Of a DNA stretch of 64,000 nt, positions 13,582 to 26,639 are shown one piece after another. The DNA lies in NCBI GenBank assembly GCA_964016885.1, contig OZ024765.1, positions 12,462,001 to 12,526,000 of the forward strand, given 5' to 3'. The number at the start of each line of letters is the position of its first letter. Position 1 is the stretch's first letter. A program made the position numbers and the translations under genes. Origin of the DNA: Eledone cirrhosa (lineage: Eukaryota). The notes below the pieces were generated by a model that had not been told where the DNA came from, ran no database searches, and saw only the letters and a program-made list of their open reading frames with translations.

Positions 13582-14130
13582 CACTCCCTCTCTTTGTATT
13601 ATTATTTCACTCTCTCCTCCTCTTTCTATATATGTACATCTCTCACACTCTCTTTCTACTCTCTCTCTCCCTTACTATTATTCTTTCCCTCTCTCTCACC
13701 CCTCTCTCTATATATATGTACATCTCTCACACTCGCTTCTCCCTCTCTTAGTATTATTATTTCACTCTCAACCCTCTCTTTATATATATGTACATCTCTC
13801 ACACTCTCTCTACTCTCTCTCTGTGAGTATTATTCTTTCCCTCTCTCTCTCACCCCTCTCTCTATATATATGTACATCTCTCACACACGCTACACCCTCT
13901 CTTAGTATTATCATTTCACTCTCACCCCTCTCTCTATATATATGTACATCTCTCACGCTCGCTTCTCCCTCTCTTAGTATTATTATTTCACTTGCAACCC
14001 TCTCTTTATATATATGTACATCTCTCACACTCTCTCTGTGAGTATTATTCTTTCCCTCTCTCTCTTTCTCACTCTCTATATATATATGTACATCTCTCAC
14101 ACTCGCTTGCTCCTCTCTCTTAGTATTACT
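9780..14130. repeat. Degenerate ~55-60-bp CT-rich minisatellite domain in both orientations, interleaved with unique modules
   Basis: Unit resembles TACATCTCTCACACTCGCTACCCCTCTCTCAGTATTTATATCTTACTCTCTCACCCTCTCTCT; reversed at ~11640-12350. Confidence 0.85.
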
Positions 14131-14626
14131 CTTTCTTTCTCACTCAAATTTATTTGTGATCAAAGGGAGATAATGGACAGAAACAGCGGCCCGAACGATT
14201 TATCTACCTAATGCTAGAAATAGCAGTCAATTAAAAATACTTTAAATCATTAAGAAAAGAAAGACCCTGGGAATTTTTAATAAATATTGTCTGAAGAATA
14301 TCTTAAACTAACCCACTAGAAATTGTAGGAGGATTTGTGAATAGATATGTTTAAATATACGTATTTATATATGTATAAGCATAACACATTTCTTTCTTTC
14401 TCAGTATATATATAAATATATAGGAGTTTCAGAAGACTCCGTTTCGGGTGAAGCAGAAATTCTTTGCTTAACCTTTAATCTGTACTAATAATAAATATCG
14501 CTCTAGGTGTCTGTATATACTTTATATATATATATATATATATATATAAAGTATATACAGATACTTATATATATATATATATAAACCTTATCGAGCCCTC
14601 TCCGGATTTTTGTCTTTGTTTATTAC

Positions 14627-14658
<32 letters not shown>

Positions 14659-15852
14659 TACTATATCATTTATTTATGTTCACACACACACATATATAAG
14701 CATGTATGTATAGATAAATATACACACTTCTCCCTATCACCAGAACAACAGATTTAATGCGGAACTCCTAATATTATTAGAATTTTTACATATTGGATAC
14801 CGAAACGATAAAACATCTTTTCATAATTAAGTAATAATTAAAGATTAATATATTAAAATATTTTTATACAAATAATTAATATTTGTAGCAACTTTCTTCA
14901 CTTCTTTAAAAACAAAACTTAGTGTTGCTACCACGGTTATTTTAGATATCTCCCACCATTCCTCTCACTTTATCGTTGGCTGCAGACGATCAATAAAATA
15001 TATTGCAATATTGCAAATAAAATGTATAAAAATCCTTACATTTGGCCATATTTTATCTAACTTTGTCTTGTCTATATAAATATCGTCTGTATACACCTAT
15101 GTATAAAGTTTTATTAACTTTCCTCACTGTAAACATCGATGGTATTACCCCTCTCTCTTATTGACATATAATTAATCTCCCCCTCTCTCTCTCTATATAT
15201 ATATATATATATGTTTACACACATATATATATGTGTGTGCGCGTCTGTGTATCTCTCTCACACGCTGCTCCCTCTCTTAATAATGATACTTTACTCTCTA
15301 TATATATGTACATCTCACACTCGCTACTCCCTCTCTTAGTATTATTCTTTCACTTTCACCCCTCTCTCTATATATATGTACATCTCTCACACTCGCTACT
15401 CCCTCATTACCCTCCCATGATGCAACGGGGCAGGTAAATGATTTGACGATTTAGCGACATCAGTTCCTTAAATTTCTCCGAGCCGAAATCTCAAGAACGG
15501 TAACTCCGTCTTTACTTAATCGCAAAAATGGGTGCAAAAAAAGTTTCAGTGTAAAAGGACCCCGCACGATAGAAGGAGATAGAGTAATAGATGTAAAGAG
15601 AGGGTGAGAAATAAATGGTGGATAGAGTAATAGAAGTAAAGAGAGGGAGAGAAGTAAAACGTAGATAGTCAACCAACAGAGAGAGAGGGTGAGAGAATTG
15701 AGTGTTACACACATTTGTCTTGCTGTCTCTCTCTATTTCTCCTCCTTCGGTATATTATTGCCTCTTACTATGCCCCATAGCAGATCGACGCGCCACCTTT
15801 CGATTAAACAAAGAAACACTGAAGGACTATGAACGATAACTCTGTTTAAGGA

Positions 15853-15930
15853 ACCAGCCAGGTTCGAACCTCTGTAAAATTTTATTCCTGGCCTTAGTAA
15901 GCCGGACTGCTAACCATTCGTCCACACTAG
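15853..15930 (-). other. Degenerate tRNA-like Pol III unit (pseudo-tRNA or SINE head)
   Basis: A-box-like TGGACGAATGG, B box GGTTCGAACC, residual acceptor pairing, poor anticodon stem. Confidence 0.5.
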
Positions 15931-16011
15931 TAAACATATCGTAGCGCCCTCTTTAGAGGAAAGTTGAAACTATATAAAAAGAGTAGGAGGTAACTCCGAG
16001 GTGACTATAGC

Positions 16012-16092
16012 GAACTACTTAAGATTCGAACCCATGTGAGATTATATAGCTGAGGTTAGTAAGCCGCGCTGCTACTACCTCAGCCACATAGG
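16012..16092 (-). other. Second degenerate tRNA-like Pol III unit
   Basis: TGGCTGAGGTAG ... CGGCTTACTAA ... GGTTCGAATC; shares TAGCAG and CGGCTTACTAA with the first unit. Confidence 0.45.
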
Positions 16093-17549
16093 CCAAAATA
16101 GAAATCTCGCCATAATATCGTTTGTAAAGAGAGGACAACTTTTATAGCGTCTCCCTTTTGTTTTTTCTCTCTCATAATCTAAACATTTCACTCTTTTACT
16201 CTCTTATTTCCTAAATAATTCCACTTAATTCCATTAAATATTCAATCTTGATCATAATAAACTACAGTAACTTTATTTATCTTATAATTACAACTTTTAT
16301 TTCGACATATTTCATTATTAAACAGTTAAAATAATGTTGACCAACACGTTAATCTTTATTAAATCTCCACATATTCACCGATGTTCAACAGATTCTACAC
16401 AAAAATTGTTAATAAAATACATATCTATATTTATTTATACACATGTATGTATAAATATATACCTATATATAATATGTATAGCGCTAATTAATAAATATTT
16501 CCATCTGTGACGATCCGTACAACCAATAATAGTAGAAGACACGTTAAATGATGCGTATATACAGTGTCCCCCCAAAATGTATACATATTTACGTAGAATG
16601 CTGTTAAAGTCTGTATACATTTTTCGGGACAACCTGTATATATTAAGACGACTGATATATATTTATATTTATACATATATATTTTTATGTATTCCATCAA
16701 ATATTCTACATGTGTATATTACATTTATATGAATATATATATAAATATATATACTCTTATATGTTTACGCCTGAAAATGTATACATCTATGTAAACATTT
16801 ATACATACATGTGTACATATAGGCGGACAGTCATGCATATAAAATATTTTACTATTTATTTATATACATACCCTGAATTATTAATTTTTTTAAATTACAA
16901 TGTATGATTAAATTATATTTCATTATAATGTCTACGAATGTAAATTATTTTAATAACTTAAATTAATGTTAAAAATCTAAATAAACACTTTATTTGTCAA
17001 GAAAATATATCTATATGTAATATATATATTATATATATTCTTTATATGCATACTATATATATATTATATATAAATATATACTATATATACTATATACAAA
17101 TATATACTATATATACTATATACATGTATATTATATATATATATATACTATATACATGTATATTATATATATATATATATACTATATATACTATATACAT
17201 GTATATTATATATATATATATATACTATATATACTATATACATGTATATTATATATATATATATATACTATATATACTATATACATGTATATTATATATA
17301 TATATATACTATATATACTATATACATGTATATTATATATATATATATATATACTATATATACTATATACATGTATATTATATATATACTATATATACTA
17401 TATACATGTATATTATATATATATATATATATATACTATATATACTATATACATGTATATTATATATATATATATATATATACTATATATACTATATACA
17501 TGTATATTATATATATATATATATATATACTATATATACTATATACATG

Positions 17550-17580
<31 letters not shown>

Positions 17581-17645
17581 CGATATATACTATATACATG
17601 TATATTATATATATATATATATATACTATATATACTATATACATG

Positions 17646-17676
<31 letters not shown>

Positions 17677-17743
17677 CTATATATACTATATACATGTATA
17701 TTATATATATATATATATATATACTATATATACTATATACATG

Positions 17744-17776
<33 letters not shown>

Positions 17777-18218
17777 CTATATATACTATATACATGTATA
17801 TTATATATATATATATATACTATATATACTATATACATGTATATTATATATATATATATATACTATATATACTATATACATGTATATTATATATATATAT
17901 ATATACTATATATACTATATACATGTATATTATATATATATATATACTATATATACTATATACATGTATATTATATATATATATATACTATATATACTAT
18001 ATACATGTATATTATATATATATATATACTATATATACTATATACATGTATATTATATATATATATATACTATATATACTATATACATGTATATTATATA
18101 TATATATATACTATATATACTATATACATGTATATTATATATATATATATATATATATACTATATATACTATATATACATATACTATATATACATATACT
18201 ATATATACATATACTATA

Positions 18219-18250
<32 letters not shown>

Positions 18251-18305
18251 CATATACTATATATACATATACTATATATATATATATATATATACATATA
18301 CTATA

Positions 18306-18337
<32 letters not shown>

Positions 18338-19360
18338 CATATACTATATATACATATACTATATATACATATACTATATATACATATACTATATATACAT
18401 ATACTATATATACATATACTATATATACATATACTATATATACATATACTATATATACATATACTATATATACATATACTATATATACATATACTATATA
18501 TACATATACTATATATACATATACTATATATACATATACTATATATACATATACTATATATACATATACTATATATATATATACTATATATATATATACT
18601 ATATATATATATACTATATATATATATACTATATATATATATACTATATATATATATACTATATATATATATACTATATATATATATACTATATATATAT
18701 ATACTATATATATATATATATACTATATATATATATATATATATATACTATATATATATATATATATATATACTATATACTATATACATATATATACTAT
18801 ATATATATATACTATATATATATATACATACTATATATATATATATATATACTATATACTATATACATATATATACTATATATATATATATATATACTAT
18901 ATACTATATACATATATATACTATATATATATATATATACATATACTATATATATATATATATACATATACTATATATATATATATATACATATACTATA
19001 TATATATATATATACATATACTATATATACATATACTATATATACATATACTATATATACATATACTATATATACATATACTATATATATACATATACTA
19101 TATATATACATATACTATATATATACATATACATATACTATATATATACATATACTATATATATACATATACTATATATATACATATACTATATATATAT
19201 ATATACATATATATACTATATATATATATATACTATATATATATATATACTATATATATATATATATACTATATATATATATATATACTATATATATATA
19301 TATATATATACTATATATACGATATTAAATAAATGGAAACTATATTTATAAAACCATATT

Positions 19361-19426
19361 TATTTCATTATATATATTTCAGGGATATCATATTAAAAAT
19401 ATGTTATGCCTTCCTCAGACAAAATA
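19361..19426 (-). ncRNA. Minimal type I hammerhead ribozyme motif (family A, copy 1)
   Basis: Minus strand reads UAUUUUGU CUGAGGA AGGCAUAACAUAUU uuu AAUAUGAUAUCCCU GAAA UAUAUA UA / AUGAAAUA. Intact CUGANGA, GAAA and UH core; helices I and II pair; helix III is short and palindromic. Confidence 0.75.
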
Positions 19427-19717
19427 CAATATAAACAGTCTTATATATATATATACTATATATATATACTATATACTATATATATATATATACTATATCT
19501 ATATATACATATACTATATACTATATATACATATACTATATACTATATATACATATACTATATATACTATATACTATATATACATATACTATATATACAT
19601 ACATATACTATATATATATATATACTATATATATATATACTATATATATATATACTATATATATATACTATATATACGATATTAAATAAATGGAAACTAT
19701 ATTTATAAAACCATATT

Positions 19718-19783
19718 TATTTCATTATATATATTTCAGGGATATCATATTAAACATATGTTATGCCTTCCTCAGACAAAATA
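19718..19783 (-). ncRNA. Minimal type I hammerhead ribozyme motif (family A, copy 2)
   Basis: Near-identical to 19361-19426, 357 nt away in the same orientation; one change at the tip of helix II. Confidence 0.75.
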
Positions 19784-22462
19784 CAATATAAACAGTCTTA
19801 TATATATATACTATATATATATATATACATATACATACTATATATATATATATATATACTATATATATATATATATATATACTATATATATATATATATA
19901 CATATATATACTATATATATATATATATATACATATATATACTATATATATATATATACATACATATATATACTATATATATATATATACATACATATAT
20001 ATACTATATATACATATATACATATATATACAATATATACATATATATACTATATATACATATATACATATATATACTATATATACATATATACATATAT
20101 ATACTATATATACATATATACATATATATACTATATATATATATATACATATATATACTATATATATATATATACATATATATACTATATATATATATAT
20201 ACATATATATACTATATATATATATATACATATATATACTATATATATATATACATATATATACTATATATATATATATACATATATATACTATATATAT
20301 ATATATACATATATATACTATATATATATATATACATATATATACTATATATATATATATATACATATACTATATATATATATATATACATATACTATAT
20401 ATATATATATATACATATACTATATATATATATATATATATATACTATATACTATATATATATATACTATATACTATATATATATATACTATATACTATA
20501 TATATATATACTATATACTATATATATATATACTATATACTATATATACATACTATATATATATATACATATACTATATACTATATATACATACTATATA
20601 TATATACATACTATATATATATACATACTATATATATATACTATATATATATATATATATTATATATATATATATACTATATATATGTATATTATATATA
20701 CTATATATATGTATATTATATATACTATATATATGTATATTATATATACTATATATATGTATATTATATACTATATATATATATATTATATACTATATAT
20801 ATATATATGTATAAAGTTTTATTAACTTTCCTCACCGTAAACATCGATGGTGTTACCCCTCTCTCTTATTGACATATATATATATAGAGAGAGAGAGAAT
20901 AATTATATGTTTACACACACACACGCGTGCGTGCGTGTGTCGTCTCTATCACACGCTGCCTCCTCTCTTAATAATGATACTTTACTCTCTCTATATATAT
21001 GTACATCTCGCACACTACGATAACTCCGTCTTTACTTAATCGCAAAAATGGGTGCAAAAAAAGTTCATACATCTGAAACTTTTTTTTGCACCCATTTTTG
21101 CGATTAAGTAAAGACGGAGTTATCGTTCTTGAGATTTCGACTCGGAGAAATTTAAGGAACTGATGTCGCTAAATCGCCAAATCATTTACCTGCCCCGTTG
21201 CATCATGGGAGGGTAATGAGGGAGTAAGGAGTGTGAGAGATGTACATATATATAGAGAGAGGGGAGAGAGAGAGAGGGAAAGAATAATACTCACAGAGAG
21301 AGAGAGAGTAGAGAGATGTACATATATATATAGAGAGAGGGGAAAGAATAATACTCGCAGAGAGAGAGTGTGAGAGAGATGTAAATATATATATAGAGAG
21401 AGGGGTGAAAAGTGAAAGAATAATACTAAGAGAGGGAGTAGCGAGTGTGAGAGATTTACATATATAGAGAGAGAGGAGTGAGAGTGAAATGATATACTAA
21501 GAGAGGGGTGTAGCGTGTGTGAGAGATGTACATATATATAGAGAGAGTAAAGTATTATTATTAAGAGAGGGAGCAGCGTGTGAGAGATACACACACATAT
21601 ATATATGTGTGTAAACATATATATATATAGAGAGAGAGAGAGGGGGAGATTAATTATATGTCAATAAGAGAGAGGGGTAATACCATCGATGTTTACAGTG
21701 AGGAAAGTTAATAAAACTTTATACATAGGTATATACAGACGATATTTATATAGACAAGACAAAGTTAGATAAAATATGGCCAAATGTAAGGATTTTTATA
21801 CACTTTATTTGCAATATTGCAATATATTTTATTGATCGTCTGCGGCCAACGATAAAGTGAGAGGAATGGTGGGAGATATCAAAATAACCGTGGTAGCAAC
21901 ACTAAGTTTTGTTTTTAAAGAAGTGAAGAAAGTTGCTACAAATATTAATTATTTGTTTAAAAATATTTTAATATATTAATCTTTAATTATTACTTAATTA
22001 TGAAAAGATGTTTTATCGTTTCGGTATCCAATATGTAAAAATTCTAATAATATTAGGAGTTCCGCAGTAAATCCGTTGTTCTGGTGATAGGAAGAAGTGT
22101 GTATATTTATCTATACATGCTTATATATACATAAATAAATGATATAGTATATATGTATATATATATATATATATATTTCGTTTCTGAATTTGTTTAGCAA
22201 GATTTTTTATCTGAAATCGTGTGTTGAAACCGATATTGTTATACTTATTTGCCAATAAGAAACACACGCACCAGTTGCTTTCACTTCAATTTATTATGTG
22301 TGTGTGACGAAAGGACTATGACTATATATAAACAACTATCTGGTTGTGGAAACAACCAACCAACCAGAAATTTATAAGTTTGTAGATTTGTAAATTTATA
22401 AATTTATATATATATATAGTAATAAACAAAGACCAAAATCCGAAGAGGGCTCGATAAGGTTT

Positions 22463-22520
<58 letters not shown>

Positions 22521-23609
22521 GTTTGTATATGTATAATAAAGCCAAAACAATGCAGGTATGGACGTAGAATAAAGAATGCAAATGCAAAAGATTGTTTTTA
22601 CCTTAAATTTATTTAAATGTCCTTAATTTTCGAGATAATATCTCTTCTTCGGAGGGAAGTAAAGCTTTACTTCCCTCCGAAGAAGAGATATTATCTCGAA
22701 AATTAAGGACATTTAAATAAATCTAAGGTAAAAGACTAATTGTCAACAATATCTTTTGCATTTGCATTCTTTATTCTATGTCTACACCTGCATTGTTTTG
22801 GCTTTATGATACATATACAAACGTTTATACCTCATTACACAATGCTTCAAGTGAACTATAACTTCCTCCATATATATATACATGTGTATACAGACACCTA
22901 GAGCGATATTTATTATTAGTACAGATTAAAGGTTAAGCAAAGAATTTCTGCTTCACCCTAAACGGAGTCTTCTGAAACTCCTATATATTTATATATATAC
23001 TGTGAAAGAAAGAAATGTGTTATGCTTATACATATATAAATACGTATATTTAAACATATCTATTCACAAATCCCCTTACAATTGCTAGTGGGTTAGTTGT
23101 TTAAGATGTTCTTCTGACAACATTTATTAAAAATTCCCAGGGTCTTTTCTTAATGATTTAAAGTATTTTTATTTGACTGCTATTTCTAGCATTAAGGAGA
23201 TAAATCAGTCGGGCCGCTGTTTCTGTCAATTATTTCCCTTTGACCAAAAATAAATCTAAGTGAGAAAGAAAGAGTAATACTAAGAGAGAGGAGGAAGCGA
23301 GTGTGAGAGTAAACATATATAAAGAGAGGGGGAAGAGAGTGAAATGATAATACTAAGAGAGGGAGAAGCGAGTGTAAGAGATGTACATATATATATACAC
23401 AAAGAGGGCAATAGAGAAATAATTGTTTCTACTATTGGCACAAGGCCAGCAAATTAACCAGTACATTACTGGTACTTTATTTTATCAACCCTGTAAGGAT
23501 GAAAGGCAAAGTTAACCGCGAGATTTGAACTCAGAATGGCAAGGGCCGAGAAATAATAATAAGAGAGGGAGTAGCGAGTGTGAGAGATGATATACATACA
23601 TCTAGCATA

Positions 23610-23942
23610 CCAGTCTTCTTTGAGGGTCATGAGTCCTCATGAATGTTAGCCAACCATCTTGCTCGGGGTTTACCCCTGGGTCTCTTGCCGACTGGTTTTG
23701 CCCATAAAATCTGTCCAGCGATTCTTTCCTGAGACATTCTAACCACATGTTCATAATATCAGAGCTGTGATCTCTCAATTCAGAGAAGTAGCGGCTCTAT
23801 CTGGAGTGACTTTCTGATCTCCAAGCTACAGATCTGTCTAGCAATTCTTTCCTGAAACATTCTAAGCACATGCCCATAATATCGGAGCTGTGATCTCTCA
23901 ATTCGGAAAAGTAGCGGCTCTACCTGGAGTAACTCTCTGATC
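23610..23942 (-). mobile_element. RTE-clade fragment with local ~120-bp duplication
   Basis: Homologous to 1768-2090 and 57750-58020; the GAGCTGTGATCTCTCAATTC block occurs twice. Confidence 0.65.
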
Positions 23943-26639
23943 AACTGTAATTACAAAAGAAATCTAACCATCAATTCACAAATTTCATAGAAAATAAAGT
24001 GTTGTAGTTTGCTTGAAGCATTGTAGACTATGAGATACAAACAATTCTTACCATGTCACTTAGCTCACAAACATTGTTGGGCTTCCAAATAACCAAACTA
24101 GTTGAATTTGTATTTTATTCGGGAGGAGAGGTTGGTTCCACTTGGGTTTAACTCTTTAACATTTAAACCGGCCATATCAGGCCAGAATTCTCTCACTTTT
24201 TGTTCAAACTGGCTGCTTATACTGTTAAGGTATTGTTCTCAAAATAAATATAGAAATCTGAGATTCAATATTATGTGAGGTAAAGCCTTTACTGTGAAAA
24301 TATAGTAGTAAATATAGATTAACCTTTTAGCATTTAAACCAGCCGTATCCGGCCAGAATTTTCTCACCTCTTTCTGTTTAAACTGGTTGTAACTGGCTGC
24401 TCATGCTTCTGTCAACGTATTGTTATCAAAATAAATAATATCGAAATCTCATAGATTTGATATTATGTGAGATAATTAAGTGAAATAAAGAGTTTACTGT
24501 GAAAATATAATAGTATATATAATGTAAATGCTAAAGGGTTAAATACACAAGCCAGTAGGTGCCCCCCATTGGAAGTTAAGGGCCCAATTGTACAGTACAG
24601 CACGGCATGGTATTCCTCTACTACGTGCTCCACCCGATAAGCTGAGGCATCACCATCGGTTACCAATGTAATTACAAAAAAAAACTACTCATTAATTCAC
24701 ACATATATGACCGTTTTATGTCTAGTTTTCCATGCTTGCCTGGGCCAGACAGGACTATAAATTTGGCCAAGGTTTTTACAGCTGAATGCCATTCCTAACA
24801 CAAACCACATTTACAGCAAATATATATTTCATTGAATTTTATTTGGGAGGAAGGGATCGGTTTCACCAGGGTTTAAATACACAAGCCAGTATGTGCCTCC
24901 GTCACTGAAATCCCTCGGGAAGTTAAGGTCCCACAGTATGGCATGTCATGGTATTATTCTATTATGTGCTCCAGACGACAGACTGAGGTTATGCTGGGGC
25001 ACCACCATTGATTACTAATGTAATTACAAAAGAAACTATCAATTCACAAATATATATAGAATTTTATTTGGGAGGAGGGGATCAGTTTTACCAAGGTTTA
25101 AATACACAAGCCTGGATGTACACCCACCTAAGAAAGTTAAGGGCCCAATTGTACAGTAAAGTACAGCATGGCATCTAAAGTCTGTCATAAGCCAGAAGGC
25201 TTGTTAGGCTAGTGCTTATCCCAGTTAGTGCTAGTGCTTATCCCACCTATCCATTGCAAGGTTAACCCCCCAGATGTTACTGGTAGTCATTTTCAGTTGA
25301 GTATACTGGAGTAGCATGAAATGAAGTGTTTTGCTCAAGAACACAACACAGCCTAGGTATCAAACCCATGACATGGTAATTGTAAGTCCAACACCCTTAC
25401 CATCAGGCCACACACCAACACATGAAAAAAAATACAGCATGGTATGGTATGACTATCGTGTTCCAGCTGACAGGGTGAGGCCATGCTGGGGCACTGCTAT
25501 TAGTTACAAATATGTAATTCCTGATAGAGCTGTATTGACAGAGTTTATTGGGCATTTAAAACCTGGTGGAGCCCATCCCTCTCCAGGTCTGAGTACAGTA
25601 GATTTCTTCCAGAGAAGGAGAGAAAGAGAGAGAGAGGAAGAATCGAGCCCAGTACTAGACTGGTACTTTTTTTTTTATTGACCTTGGCGAGCTCAGAGAG
25701 CTGGAACGAATACCATAAGTGTTCTAACGACTCTGCCAGAGTTACCAATATGTGATTAGAAAAATAATAATTAACCGTTAATTCACAAATAGAATTTTTA
25801 TTGGCGTCTATTATTTTTATTTCTTCATCTTTACAAATACAAAAAAAAAAAAAAAAAGCAGAGGTTTTATTATTCACTTCTATTTATTTTATTTTATTCA
25901 TTTTGTATTACTGATTTTTGCAATTGTTTTTTCTGGGTTTTTTTTTTTTTTGGCAAATTTAAAATTTTTTAAATTTATTTTAAAAACAAATTAACAGGAA
26001 AAAAAATTTGACTTCATTTTTTTTTTTTTGATGATATGAATTAAGGGGGGGAGGGGGGGGAGGGGGCAGGAAACGATGAAAAAATACTTTTTTTTTTTTT
26101 TTTAATAATTATATTTATTGTCAATATTTTATAATCATCATCATCATCATCATTATATAATTTTCTAGAGAAATATAAAAAATTTTCTTTTCAAAATTTT
26201 AATTTTATACTTTTTTCTTCTTTTAAACCCCCTTTCGGAAACAAAAAGAAAAAAAAAAAATGCCTGAAAGAAATGGAAACTTACGAGGGGTTTATTTTGG
26301 CAGAAAAGCCAGCATCCCCCCCCCCCCCTCCTTGCAGAAGTGACAACCATATCACCCCCAGGACAAATATCTAGAAACTTACTTAATCCAACCCATCAGG
26401 GATGGAAAAATATATATATATATACGAGTTTTAAATTGCTGTTGAAACGGCAAGAGCTCAGCTGTCGGGCCCCGACTACTATATATTATATATAAAGCAT
26501 TTATCAATTCCAGCAAGCTTTGAACTTTAAAAAAAAAGAAAAAAAAAAAAAAAAAAAAAATCAAATAATGTAGAGAGAGATTTAACTAAAATACTGAAAA
26601 TTTATACCAAAAATCTGTAATTTCTAAATAATTCTTTTT

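Larger units (their letters stand above)
17050..20810. repeat. ~3.7-kb (TA)n-based low-complexity tract
   Basis: TATAC/TACATG-punctuated TA repeats, interrupted only by two ~125-bp unique inserts at ~19318-19445 and ~19676-19800. Confidence 0.97.

Noticed and set aside
15853-16092. Functional tRNA genes
   Set aside because: Anticodon stems do not pair properly; kept only as tRNA-like units.
17046-20872. Long Ile/Tyr-rich ORFs up to 760 aa
   Set aside because: Translations of (TA)n repeats that lack stops in several frames; no protein-like content.
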